Of a stretch of DNA of 64,000 bases, positions 24,730 to 38,439 are shown piece after piece. Numbering within the stretch: the stretch's first letter is position 1; each line of letters starts with the position of its first letter. This DNA comes from Octopus vulgaris (Eukaryota), in contig OX597818.1 of NCBI GenBank assembly GCA_951406725.2, forward strand, positions 99,014,001 to 99,078,000, read 5' to 3'. A program made the position numbers and the translations under genes. Under the pieces are notes generated by a model, which saw nothing but the letters and a program-made list of their open reading frames with translations, made no database searches and was not told the DNA's origin.

Positions 24730-25875
24730 GAGAAAGAGGGGAAATTGGAGATGGAAGGGATAAGGAAGAAAAAGAAACATCCAGGTAAAATGCTAGCTTG
24801 CAAATAAGAAATATTGCAAAGGAAAATGCAGAAGATTTCATGTTAGATGCTCAAAATACATAAAGTAAGATAATATTAAAATTTTCTTTCTCTTCTTTTC
24901 TACTTCTTACTGTTTTCAATTAGTGTAGATTTGCTTATTTTCATTTTATATTTTCTTCTTCCATTTAAAAATTTAACTATTATTTCATTTCTTGCACTTA
25001 TGTCTTGTATTTTTACTCCGCATTATATATGTGGTAATAAATTTCGCCAAGACATATAATAAAGAAACAAGTGAGATGAATAAATTGCAGTAGACAAATT
25101 AAATTAAGCCCTAATCTTCTCTCCAGAAAATAAAAACTAAATAAAAGTGATAATGGTTCTCTTGATGGAACACGGTACAGTATCACCATCTCCGACCAAG
25201 ACTATATAATTAAAGTTAAATTGATGGATCATATTCGATTCATCATTATTCAGAATGATAATTTTTTCTCAACTTAAACAATCATGAAAAAAAAGAAAAA
25301 TCATTTCTAATTTCACTTTCTGAAACATATGTAGTAAAATATTATAGACTCTACAAATTCTTAATTTTACTAGTTTTACAATAAAAAAATATTTGTCTAT
25401 AGTATGGGTTGGATTATTAGAATTACAGAAATAGCAAGCAAAAATACCATGAATTATGATGAATAATAGAAACAGTGTGATGGTGTTACTGACAAGTACA
25501 GGAAATAATTAATTTCTAAAATATGCAGTATATCTCTCTCTATCTCTACTACTGAGGCCAAAGAAAAAAAGCATTTTTTTTCTTTTGAAATGGGAGCTTT
25601 TTTTTATTTAACAATGAACAAAATTAAAGAATATCATTCAGAATAATAAATAAATTGCATTGTATTTCTATATCTCTACAAGAGAGAAGATGAGCATGAA
25701 CACCTACAAAAGGATTTTTAAAATGTCTTGGTAAGTGTAAGAAAGGTACATCAAACAAATGTTTTCAACAACATGGATACACTAGTGAATAGTTTATAGT
25801 TTGTTTGTTTTTTATATGTAATTCAAAGTAAACTAAAAATATTAAAAAGAGTTATTCACTATTCCATTCTAAGTA

Positions 25876-27149
25876 TTGGGTAATCCCATAAATAATGCAG
25901 TTTTTTTTTATTCTTCTTTTATTTTTCAAAATTAAGATAAACAAAGTTCTTTATTAATCTAAAATATACTCTTCTTCATTTTCTCTTCCATTTATCTGGA
26001 AGACTTGCAAGATCCCTCTTCCAAAATTCACTTGTCTGCAATGAAAAATACTCCTCCAGTACTGTTCTGATCTTGTCTACAGAATTCATATATTTTCTAT
26101 ACAGATGATCTTGAATACTGCAGAATAAATGATAATCAGATGGGGCAATGTCTAGCGAATATGATGGGTGGGGCATTGTTTCCCATTCCAACTGTGCCAG
26201 CCTTTGGAATGTCATCCTTGCTGTATTGTAGTCAAACATTATCCTGACGGAAGAACACCTTTTGTCTTGAAACCAAAGATGGTTGATTTTCTTCTAGTGC
26301 TGACTTAAGCTGCTCAGACTGCTTACAGTAGATCTCCTTTGTTATTGTTTGGTTTGGGTTTAAAAGTTCAAAGTGGACTAAACCTTTCATATTCCACCAA
26401 ACAGATAACAACACCTTACAAGGGTGAAGACCTTCTTTAGTCTGAGGTGCTGGTCTTTCTCCTTTCCCTACCCACTGTCTTCAGTGCTTGACATTTTTAT
26501 AGAGAACTCATTTCTCATCACTAGTCACTATTTGGTCCAAAAAAAGGTTCACTCGTGAGACATGACAGTAAAGAAGAGCACACATTCACTCTCTGCACAC
26601 AGTTAGACTTGGAAAGTTAGTGATGAACCCATTTTCTGACTTTTCTGATCGCATGCAAGTGTTGATGAATGGTTGAATGACCAAATCCAAGCTTCTCTGC
26701 TAGTTCTTTAACAGTTACAATAGGATTTTGTTCCACTACAGTTTGCAGGACGTTCTCGTCGAGCTCTACAGATCTTCTAGGATGTGGATCATCTTCCAGG
26801 CTGTAGTTTCCTACTCAGAATCTCTGGAACCACCATTAACACTGGCTTATGCTTATTGTCTGATCCCCATGTACTACATTAATATTCCTTACACTTTCTG
26901 TTGCGTTGTTGCCTTTATTGAACTCATAAAGCAAAATATGCTCAATATGCTCCTTTGTCACTTCTATTATAGCTTTGAAAAAATAACTGTTAAAATGTAA
27001 CTGTACTCTTCAAAACTGACACCAAGAATAAGCACAAGGTAAAATTACTACCTGCTTTTATAGCAAATTGATGCAGGTAGGTTATCCCATCCCCTCCAAT
27101 TTTCAGTTCATGCAATTGAAAAAACTGCATTATTTATGGGATGACCCAA
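25876..27149 (-). mobile_element. Mariner element, full length (~1.27 kb), inactive
   Basis: TIRs TTGGGTAATCCCATAAATAATGCAGTTTTTT and AAAAAACTGCATTATTTATGGGATGACCCAA with TA on both sides; LLSVWWNMKGLVHFELL, FRQDN, HPSYSLDIAPSDYHLF. Confidence 0.93.
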
Positions 27150-27970
27150 TACTAATAGATGAGTCAATAAAACATTTAGAAATGTCCTGAAGTGCTTTCT
27201 CTAGATAAATTTCTTGATCCTGATAGAAACTAGAAACTTTGACAAAATGTAGTTAGTCTAGTATAAACATCATAAAATATGACTGCGTGAACTTGGATGA
27301 AATTTTCTGACATAGTCTAATGCTCATTGGTGCGCATCATTAATATTGTTTTTACCTATTATCATACCCTTTCCCTGTCACATAGGTCGAATATAATTAA
27401 GTTGATTAAAAGTAAATGTTTTTATATAACAGTATCATCATTATTTAATGCATGTTTTTTTTTTCATGCTGACAAGGGTTGAATGTTTTGAGATAAACTC
27501 ATTGAGCCAGAGAGGTATGCTGAGCTTCAATGCCAGCTTTAGTATAATATTTACAGCTGGATTGTATTCCTAATGCCAACCATTTTACAGAGCGTACTGG
27601 GATCATTTTTTTACAGCACCTGTACTAACAAGGTCATATTATGAGTGCAGTAATTACAGATATTGTACAGGTACTAATCATCCATGTCATAAGTCAGGTG
27701 ACTTGACATATGTATAAAGGGTTTATAAAACTCAGATTCTTCAGCTAAGCAAGTTTCATTCTCTTAAAGAAATATAAGAAAGAATACTATGGATAATGTA
27801 GTGTTATTATCAGAACTTTGGTTATTTTGCTGTAAAAGTGAATTAGACAAACAACTGGAACAATGTTTAAGCTTGGTCTACACATCATATTAGCGCTGTT
27901 GGATGTAGCTATTTCAATGGATTAAATTGAAGTATATAAGTTTGTTGAAAGTATAATCAAAACCAGCAGC

Positions 27971-28514
27971 TGTGTTCACGCTCAGAATTTCAGCTACTGC
28001 TGGCTAGGACGCAGCATGTGGAAAGATCAATGCCCAGAATGCTGTGCATCAATGAGCCAAGTGCGTTGAACATACTGCTGTTGTAAAAAGGAGAAGTAAT
28101 TCTTCTACAACATATACAACAGCAACAAGTATACTTTGCATCTGAATTTGCCTAGATGTGTTAAGAATAAATATGTAAATAATCATTCCTGACTTCACTG
28201 TACATGGTGCAAATAACAACTTTTTATCAGTTGGCAGATATAAGCACCAATCAGAAGACAATCTGTTCCCTGAAAGTACAAAAAAAAAAAGCCAGTGAGT
28301 GTGTTCAGGTTCAGAATTCTAGCTACTTCTGGTAGATGAGACACATGTTGAAATACTGGACTCCCTATATGATGTGTACCAATGAGCCAAGTGTATTGGG
28401 TCCAAAGGTGTAATAAAAAGGATAAATTATTCTTCTATGACACACACTATAGTGACTAGCATATTTTTGCATCTGAATCTACCTAGATGTGTTATGAATA
28501 TATATGTGAATAAT
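27971..28514. repeat. Diverged direct duplication of ~215 bp (27971-28183 and 28300-28514)
   Basis: Shared anchors GTGTTCA..TCAGAATT, CAATGAGCCAAGTG, TTCTTCTA, TTTGCATCTGAAT...CCTAGATGTGTTA. Confidence 0.8.
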
Positions 28515-28644
28515 TGTACCAGTTCAAACAGTATACAATAAACACAAACCATAGAGAAAAACTCAGTCACATGTCTTTGATTGTAATTGAAATATTATCA
28601 ACTATCTTTTCTCAAATCTACTTAACACTTTTCTGTTGTAAATG

Positions 28645-28822
28645 TAATGTGAAAGCACCCAACACATGCTGTTAAGTGGTTGGCATTAGGAAGGGCATCC
28701 AGTCACAGAAACCATGGTAAACAAAAGACTGGAGCATGATGTGGCCTTTGGGACTACTGGATCTTGTCAAGCCATCTAACCAATGCCAGCATGGAACACG
28801 GGCATTAGATAATGATGATGAT
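28645..28822 (+). mobile_element. Same SINE family, diverged copy
   Basis: GTGGTTGGCATTAGGAAGGGCATCCAG...GCCAGCATGGAA...(GAT)n. Confidence 0.7.
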
Positions 28823-30258
28823 ATAATATATGTATGTATGTATGTATGTACGTATCGTCACATATATCTATCTTTTTACCTATCTATCTATCTATATGAG
28901 AATGTGACAGACAAGGCTGAGAGAAAGAGGGGTGAGGCAGAAGACAGATAGATAGGAAGATAGAGAGGGGAAAATGTAAGAAGACAGAATGAAATAAATA
29001 TGAGATAGAACTAACAAAAATAAATTGTTTTGATATTTTTTGGCTGTTACATAATACTGTAACTGATTTTGCAAACAAACATTCAGAACAGTAAGTATGT
29101 ATGCTTATGCATGTGCATATGTGCCTATGTTACGGTTTATAATTGTTGTCATTTTGTCTAATCATAGTGTGTGTGTAAAATATATGCATGTAACATGTAT
29201 ATAAACATATAGAAAGACATAGAATACATGTCTTTTTATCTATATAGAGAAAATGTGATAGAGAGAAAGGTTCAAGAGAGTAAGAGAGGTAGAGAGAGAG
29301 AATAGAAAGAGAGCAATAGAGAGAAAACTGTGTGAGAAGAGTGATAGAGATGTCTGAGAGTGAAATGAATTAAATTCATAATTTTGACTGTTATATAACT
29401 CTACAGCTGATTTTGTAAACAAAGTTTTAGGGAACTGAGTGTGTGTGCACATAAATGTTTCTAAGTTTCTCTGTGTGTTAGTTTTTATGAATGTCATGTA
29501 TTTTGCATCAGTGTTGCATATATATCTGCTTATTTTCATGTCCTTTTCATTTGTGTGTGTTCATATGCATGTGTGTGACTTTGTAATGCATCTAATACAG
29601 AGAGACAACAGAGTAACACTGTTAGTAGGAGAGGTTGGAATGGTGAAAGGTGGGGAGTAAAGTACAGTGTTGGAAAGAAATAGGGGGTACTAAGCTAAGA
29701 GAAGTTAAGTTAGTATGGGTATAGATATGAGTTAACGCACTTGTGAACATGATAAGAGGAGAGGAGGAATGGACAAGCAGAAGAAAGTGACAATTGAGAA
29801 ATTAGCAATTGCAAAATAGAAAAAAGATGAAAGATGATGAAAAACTGAAAAAATGAAAAGATGATGAGAAGCTGAGACAGTGTGAAAGGGTGAGGTTTTA
29901 ATAGAGTACATGAACTGTGAGGAGACTCTTGGAAATCCTCGTTTAAAATTCCAGTGCTGTTGTATCTTTGGGTTGCATGCCTGTGTATGTTTTCATATAT
30001 TTGCAGGTGAGTGTATGTTCTCTTTTGACTACTTTATCATCGGAAGTAACAAAAACTTTTCTACAATGTGTGGGTATAGAACAAAATTCACTCTTCTGTT
30101 TTGAGGCTTACAAGGGCCAGATTTAAGAGGAAATCTCTATGTATAAGGGCTTATATCAAAATATAAAGATAATATATTAAAACAAACACACATACAAATA
30201 AGTATGGTTTCACACATCATATTTGCTTGCAAGTCACTTAAAGCAATAAACAAATCTA

Positions 30259-30344
30259 CCATGTCTTTCACTCTAGCTAAACTGGATACAATCATCCATG
30301 TCTTTCACTCTAGCTAAACTGGATACAATCATAGCTAAACTGGA
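30259..30344. repeat. 37-bp perfect tandem duplication plus partial copy
   Basis: CCATGTCTTTCACTCTAGCTAAACTGGATACAATCAT twice, then AGCTAAACTGGA. Confidence 0.95.
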
Positions 30345-31879
30345 CACTAAACCAGATGCAACATATTCTGATAATTATTCCATTCTGCTCATAAACAACA
30401 ATTGCATAGCAGAATGAGGAACATAATATGAAACAAGATTACAACCTGGAAACCTGGAAGTACATATCAAAGCTTTAAATATTGAAAGAAAAGTGAATCT
30501 GACAAGTGTTTTTTATCAGTTTGCAGTGCAATATCTGACAAGTTAAATTGGAGTACACCATGAGAGTTTCTGTTAGCAGGTAAAAAAGAGAGAGAGAGAG
30601 ATGACAGAAACTCACAATTTGTTTCCTGTACTAACACAAAATGGAAAGTATTTGAACTTAAGAAATTAAAATTATAAGCCAATGAAAATTCACACAGCAG
30701 AAATTCCTTCTTAGTAGTAGCACTCATATTGTATGTAGGTAGAGTGGGAGGCAAATGGCAATATTTGAGATGATAAAAATGAGGGTGTTGCAAATGACAG
30801 TGCCAGTGCTAAATCATGCAAGGACTGATTATTGCAATGACTAAGTATAAAAACTAAAATTTAAAAGGCTACTTATATTGCTAGGTCATGATATAAGTAC
30901 CACTAATTCCAACTATATTTTTTAGAAGTTTGAAATTAAAATAATACAGTTTACCTATGGAACGGGAGAACAACACATTTAAAACATTTGTTTTCAACAG
31001 CAACATGTGACAACAACAACAACAAAAGTAACAAGAAAACAAGTACATTTTTTTCTCATTAAAATATTTGTAAATATTTCAATTTTATAAATGTGCTTAT
31101 TCTGAGGAAAATTTATTGACCTGATATATTTGTATATATGCATTCAATGTGTTTGGATATATGTGTGTGCGTGTGTGTGCATGCACACACACACATGAGT
31201 CTGTGCATGCACATGTTTTTGTGCATGTGTGAAGGGAGGAAGATAGTTTGACTAGAGATTAATACACACTAAGTCAAACGGTTGTCTACACAGAATGATG
31301 GCATCAGAGGAGAATACATAAGAGCTAAAGAATTAACATTTCATTTAGTTTGTAGCATCAAAAACACATAATTATTAACTGAAATGGAAACATTAGTTTT
31401 GTAGTTATTTTCTTTTCCATAAATTCATCCAATAAAAAAATAATATAGGACTATGTCTCTGGCATTCCAACATCCATACAAGGAAGATACAATATTCTAA
31501 TGAATGAAAAGTCAACTAGCAAGAAATAATTTATATTTCACACATACACATATCTATAAATATATGTAGAAACAGATACATCTAACATGCACATGTTCAC
31601 ATACACACACCCACACACACATGCACATGTGTATGTGTGTGTTTATGTATGCATGTATGTATGTACTACATGTAGTTTATGTCTGTTTTTTCATATTTAT
31701 ATAGGTTTTAGTGCTATAAGAATAAAGCAGTTTGTTTTTTGATTGATAGAATACTGGAGTTACTAAAAAAATCCTGCAGAATCCAAGTGAAATTCTGAAG
31801 TTTGATGATATAATTAGGCACTGAATAAAGCAAAATACAAGGCATCAAGTGACTGAAATGTATGGATAAATCCTAAAAA

Positions 31880-32603
31880 CATATTAACAACAAACAAAAT
31901 TATTTTCATAAACAATAACTGTAGCCAACCAAAATATCATGACTATGGGTCCTTCACAACCAGGCAGAGAAAATCTGTATGGACCAGTATTCCATTTTTG
32001 ATATGCTCTTAAAATGCAATGAAATTAAACCATTTTTGAAGTAACTAGTGACTGGAAATGAAATACAGATTATCTATGATAATATAGTGCAGAAAATGGG
32101 GTTTGCATGAGAATCTAAAAACAAAAGTTACCAAAGTGGAATATTCATGCCAGTAAAGTTATGTTTTATGTCTGGTAGGATTTCAAAAGCATTATATATT
32201 TTGAGCTATTCTGACACAATCTGTCCAATAATTCCGCTATGCACTGCAGCTAACTGGAGAAGTTAACTCAAAAATTTCACCAAATGAGATCAGAACTAGC
32301 CAACAGGGAAGACATTAGAACTCATTGTCTTTGGTTACTCTCTCAATATGGCTCTGACTTTCATTTATGTCTCCACAAAATTCTTCAAATGAAATATCAT
32401 TTAATGATGTAGATGCAGTCAAATCCTACCTGGAAAACATTCCCTGCAAGACAGCCTATTTCTACGCGAATAGAATTTTGAAACTGCCAAATAGATTCTT
32501 TAAAAAAATATAGCATACTTTGAAGAATAACATTATTGTAGTACAAATAAATTTGTTTTATTTCCATTCTTCAAAAATATTCACAATTTTTTGAACAACC
32601 CAA
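31880..32603 (+). mobile_element. Highly degraded mariner 3' remnant
   Basis: TIR-like end ...TTTTTTGAACAACCCAA-TA and weak transposase-like residues; left boundary uncertain. Confidence 0.45.
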
Positions 32604-32859
32604 TATGTACATACACCTACTCATAGAAATATATATTCATGCATGTATGTCTGTATAAACACTCACAAACACACACACATTAGACACATCATATATACAG
32701 GTGCTAACAAAAAATTTCTCATTAGTATCTATAACCAATAAAAAGTAAAAGTAAAAACTATTAAAATAGCTAAAACAAGGAGGATAATCTGAAGGAAGTG
32801 AAATCTCACATTTTTTCTTTCTTCTTTTCTTTTTTTTTTTCAAATTCAAAAAGAAGAGA

Positions 32860-33650
32860 ACTGCTAAAGTCTAGCGCTTTCATCCCATAGGGATCTTTCA
32901 AAGCAGATAACTTCAGTTTTGTCCTGTTTGGTCACATTAGTATATGAGATCCTTTAGATAGAGTTGTTTACTTTTCACTTTTTTATAAAATGTTTCTCTA
33001 ATCCTAAACAATATGTTGGATCATCTGCTATACATTGATAGAAGTGAAAAATCTTTTATTTTTGTTCTTCCACAAATTTCTAAGTGTTTGCTTAGAAAAC
33101 TTTTCTTAGTTTTGGATGGCATATTTTTTGTTTATGTTTCCTTGTCCACTCACACAGGGAGTTTCCAGTCTGGCCAATATAATTTTCCTTGCTATCGGGA
33201 CAGGTGATACAAGGATTCTGATTCTCTATTTTACAGTTCATGTCCACTTTAAAAATTTATTTCCGAACTAGTTTCCAATGGTTGTAATTGCAAGTACTGC
33301 ATCTGTTATCTCCACAGGTTTTCACAGGAAATTCAGAATTATTTTTGCTGAAATGAACATTGCCTTGCTAAGAAGTTTTTTGAGGTTCTTAGGTTGACGC
33401 CTGCTGTTAAAGATTGGGTTTTGATGATTAAGTTTTTCATTTGTGCACTTTGCAAAAGGATTGAGATTTGCTTTTATGGAGGTGAATATATTTGATACTC
33501 CTGGATTATGAATATTGATAGATAGAATTACATTTTCCACTATGTTTTGCTTTGGTGTTCTAGGTTGAGATATATCCAGTCTCATTAACTTTTAAATACA
33601 GTTGTCTGTTAGTTTTTAAGAGATATTTTTTGTTGCATGAGAAAGCCTTT
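32860..33650 (-). mobile_element. Penelope-like element 3' part (Neptune-like linker and GIY-YIG)
   Basis: RRQPKNLKKLL, CGDNRCSTC, CITCPDSKENYIGQTGNSL..W...HKQK, VSKHLEIC; terminal TTGAAAG-ATCCC-TAT-GGGAT-GAAA-GCGC-TA motif near 32870-32901. Confidence 0.7.
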
Positions 33651-33730
33651 CAGTTCATACAGTCAAATTCTATTTCTATAGAGGTGTCATACATGTATAC
33701 ATGCATACATATTATATATATATATATATA

Positions 33731-34118
33731 GACTGGCCTCCGTGCTTTGGGGACGTAACAAACACCATCCGATCGTGGCCGTCCGCCAGCCTCATCTGGC
33801 ACCTGTGTCGGTGGCACATAAAAACACCATCCGAGCGTGGCCGTCTGCCAGCCTCGTCTGGCACCTGTGTCGGTGGCACATAAAAACACCATCCGAGCGT
33901 GGCCGTTCGCCAGCCTCGTCTGGCACCTGTGTCGGTGGCACATAAAATCACCCACTACACTCTCGGAGTGGTTGGCGTTAGGAAGGGCATCCAGCTGTAG
34001 AAACACTGCCAGATCTGACTGGCCTGGTGCAGCCTTCAGGCTCCCCAGACCCCAGTTGAACCGTCCAACCCATGCTAGCATGGAAAACGGACGCTAAATG
34101 ATGATGATGATGATGATG
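33731..34118 (+). mobile_element. Same SINE family with three ~61-bp tandem units
   Basis: CACCATCCGAGCGTGGCCGT..GCCAGCCTCGTCTGGCACCTGTGTCGGTGGCACATAAAA three times, then the shared 3' module. Confidence 0.85.
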
Positions 34119-35604
34119 ATATATATATATATATATATATATTGTTACATACACACACACACACACATATATCATCATCCTTCTCATTTAATGTCAGTTC
34201 TCCATGCTGGCAGGGATTGGACAATTTGGCTGGCCAGCTGGAGAGATGCCTGGCTCCACTTTGTCTGTTTTGAAATGGTTTCTATGGCTGAATGCTCTTC
34301 CTAATGCCTGCATGTTTACACAGTGTACTGGCATTGGAATCAGCGTTTTCACATGGCACTGGTGATTTTATGTGGTACCAGTATGGACACTTTTACATGG
34401 CACTAGCAGCCATTGCCCCTGAAATGTCAGTCTGTTTATTGCAGGGTTAACCATTTACAGCTTTAAATGGATAACTCTGAAGGTGGGTGGCATAATGCTT
34501 AGTGTGTTGCATTCATGATCACAAGATAAAGGTTTCAATTTCCAGGCAGGCAGTATTTTGTTCTTGAGCAAACACTGCTCCAGACCACTCAGGTATACAC
34601 ACACACACACACATATATATATATACACGCACAAATATACACAAACACACAGATCATCATCATCATTAGTTAATGTCCATGTTCCATGATGGCATGAGTT
34701 CAATGGTTTGACAGGATCTGAAAAATCAAAGAACTGCATCATGCTCCAATGTCTGCTTTGGCAGTACATGGATGGGATGCCAAATGCACTTTTGCTGAAG
34801 GACAAGAAGCCAAAGCCAAGAAACTGAATGAACACAAGGCTGAATGGATATAAGGTCAAATTGACAAAATGCCGAAAAGAAACGAAAATTAAAATTTAAT
34901 CTCATTAAATCTTATGTGCCAAATTGGTGAATTGGTCATTAAACTATGTAAGTAGGAATGTTTTTTTTATTATTGTATCTGGTCAGCTTTATGTCCATTC
35001 GGCTTCTTGTTCTTAAGCAAAAGTGTATTTGCCATCCTGTCCACGCATGGCTTTGGCATGGTTTCTAAAGCTGGATAATCTTCCTAATGCCAACCACATT
35101 ACAGTATATACTGGGTGCTTTTTTGTACAAATTGCACTACTGTGGTTTCATGCTGCTTGCAGACCTACAAACCCAGGGGAAATAGAGGATCAACTTCATA
35201 CTAAGAGACAAGGGGTTAAATTGACAGAAGAGTGGTGAGGGAAGATCTTGTAAAGGATCTGCATGGCTACTCACATTTAATAGAAAGGGAAAAAGAGAAA
35301 AGAAGCAGTAATAGCTGCAAAGAGATAGATAATGATGTGCCCAGGAGGTTTCACAGGGCACAAGATGAATTGAAATGGGTGGGTGATTTGCAAGATTGTG
35401 GATGTTGCAGAAGATGAGGCAATGGGGAGACAAACTATAAAATTTGGGTAGAGTTGAAGGGTAGATGAACAATGACCTATAAGATAGAGAAGGTAGAGGG
35501 GTGCAGAAGAGAGGGGATGCAAGTGACACACACACGTGAATACAAATACATATAAATAATTTATGTATATACACATATATGTACCTACATCTTTTTTTTT
35601 TATC

Positions 35605-36200
35605 TTTTATTGCTTACTTGTTTCAGCTAGTAAGCTGTGGCCATGCAGGGGCACTGTTATTGGTATTGTTACCCCTTTAAAAATCCACCTTTTTCAGCTG
35701 GCATTTAGTGAATGCAGGAGCTCAAAGTTGTTGCTCACATTTGTGTTTCTTACAATGACATGAACTCAACAAGAATTCAAGATGGCAGAACATTCAGTTG
35801 TATTTTGAAGATGTCAATATCCACACCATATAGGTCTTTTAAGTCTTTCAATAGAATATTGAAAAGCTATGGGCCTTTGAACACTAAGCTATTGCAGTAC
35901 CTGGTCCTAAATTTGAATGGTGAGAATGGAATCTTTGACACTATGCAGTGGCACCTTGTTTGAGGATTAACATGGCTAAACTTTGATGCAGCTCCTCCCA
36001 GCATATTCCAGATATATTACTACATATTTTCCTAACTTCACTCTTAGGAGTAGAGTCTTAACTTTTACAGCCTTTCTCAGTATCTGATCTGTTGCACTGA
36101 GGCATTCTTTTTTTGTGTAGCAGCATTAAATTGCTTGAAGTTCCACCATTAATTCTGTACAATATGGGGACCACAATTGGAAGAAATAATCTATATGGCT
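35605..36200 (-). mobile_element. CR1/L2-group LINE 3' fragment, diverged
   Basis: SHIDYFFQLWSP, NSLVFKGP, KDLKDLYGVDIDIFK and a tail similar to 23360-23410. Confidence 0.65.
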
Positions 36201-36499
36201 TAGGATAAATGTTCTCCTACATGCATTCATTTAAATATTCAAATATGTGTAAACATGTACATAAATATGTGTTTGTTTTTGTGTGTAGATATTTGTATAT
36301 ACCAAAACTTTTGCAGGTGAAGAATGAACTAAGCAACAGACATTCATGACTAGTGTCATCAGAGTCAGAGGTAGAAAGAGACAGAAATAAAAGATAATAT
36401 AGAAACTAAAAACTCCTGCAAATGGAAACAGATTTAAAGAAATTCTAATTTATTCATGTGACTGTAAGGAAAAAAAATTAGATACCTGTAGTATAGAAT

Positions 36500-37245
36500 A
36501 ATACAATTCATAGTGCAGCTAAGGCTAAGAGAGAGGCTTCAAAAACACAGAAAGCAGTAGTAGGGAATGGTTAGAAGAGTATCTAGACAACAGGTATGCT
36601 TGGCTAAGGATGAGATAGAAATGAAGATATTCGCACATTTCCAGTAACATAAGAATCAGAGGCATGAAGTGTTCAGGATTTTGAGATAGCATGTGAAAGA
36701 GAATGAGATGTCATTGTTGGGAAGTGTATTCAGAATTATGAAGGCATACTCACTATCAACAAGAAAGTAGCATGAAAAAGCAGTTATGAAAGACTGCTGA
36801 ATGAGAAAAATGCATGGGATTAAGGGGTATTACCTCTACAGAGATGCCAGCAATTCATGTTGATAACAGTGTAGTGGACAGAGCAAAAGCTGCAAGTTTC
36901 TCAGGAATAGTTACAGAAATACTCAAAATATCAGGTGAGGTAGGATACACAATTACCACCCAGATAGTTAATCAAGCCAAAGAAAGTGTAATGACTGACA
37001 TAGCCATTTCATCATCAACTACTACAAAGACAAAGGAGATGTCTAATAGAGAGGAAATTATAGAGGAATCAAAGTAATGGATCAGGTTATGATTGTCACA
37101 GAGAAAGTTATAGCCCTCATAATCCATGACAGAGAAAAACTAGATGAGATGCAGTTTAACTTTGTGCTTGGAATAGGATGCAATATTCCTGGTAAGACTA
37201 CTGTAAAAGTACTTGACTAAGTATAAATCACTATTAGTGGAATTT
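36500..37245 (+). mobile_element. RTE-type LINE internal fragment
   Basis: YERLLNEKNAW, KAASFSGIVTEILKISGEVG, YKDKGD, NYRGIK, LDEMQFNFV in broken frames. Confidence 0.65.
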
Positions 37246-37593
37246 GTAGGCACGGCTGTTTGCTTCCCAGCCATGTAGTCTTGTGTGCAGCCTTGCTGCA
37301 TGGCACCTTGAGATAGTATCTTCTACCACAACTCTGGGCCAACCAAAGCCTTGTAAGTGGATTTGTTAAGGTAAACTAAAAGAAACTTGTGCGTACATAT
37401 GTATTTATATATGTGTATATTTGTCCCCCCACCTTTTTGACAACCAATGTTGATTTTGCCCCAACCCTGTAATATAGCAGTTTGTCAATAAATACCAGGC
37501 TTAAAAAAGTAAGTACTGGAGTAAATTTGTTTGTTCAACCCCTTCAAGGCAGTGACAGCATGGCAACAGTCAAATGACTGAAACAACCAATAA

Positions 37594-37636
<43 letters not shown>

Positions 37637-38400
37637 TACATATACATACAGAGAGAGAAAGATTGAGAGATCTATAGCAAATGCACAAATGAAAAGTAAA
37701 AAATGTACAATGAATGCACAGACGAACAAACAAAAACGTATATTGAGTGCACAAACAGAGGGAAAACAGACACAGCCATTTGTGCACTAAATATACATTT
37801 TTCCATTTGTCTGTGCTTTCATTATATGTTTTTTACTTTTTGTATGAGCATTTATTTTACATTTTTTCACATATCAGGTAATGGAATACAAAGCACCGTG
37901 GTTTTTATTAACAGTAGGTTTTTTATATATATATATGCACATGAATGCATGTGATATATATATATATACAGGTGCATCATGGCTGTTTGGATAGATGCTG
38001 TCATAGCTGGGTGATAAGAATCTTGCTTCTCAACCACATGCTCCAGGGTTCATCCCCACTGTGTGGGATTTTGGTAAGTATTTTCTACAATAGCCTCAGA
38101 CTGACCAAAGCCTTGTGAGTCGATTTGGTAGACAAAAACTTAAAGAAGCCTGTTTTTTATAAATACATGTGTGTGTGTTTGTCCCCCCCACCACTGTCAC
38201 TTGACGACTGGTGTTGGTGTGCTTACATCTCTATAATCTAGTGGTTCAGCAAAAGAGACCGATAGAATATGTACCAGGTTTAAAAATAGACAAGTACCTG
38301 GGGTCAATTCATTTCACTAAAAATTTTTCAAGGCAGTGCTCCAGCATGGTTGCAGTCTAATTGCAGCCTAATTAAATTGCAGTCTAATTAAATATAAATG

Positions 38401-38439
<39 letters not shown>

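Noticed and set aside
33765-33950. Regular GC-rich repeats resembling a CRISPR array (also 1240-1460)
   Set aside because: Units are contiguous tandem copies without unique spacers, lie inside a SINE, and there are no cas genes in this eukaryotic DNA.
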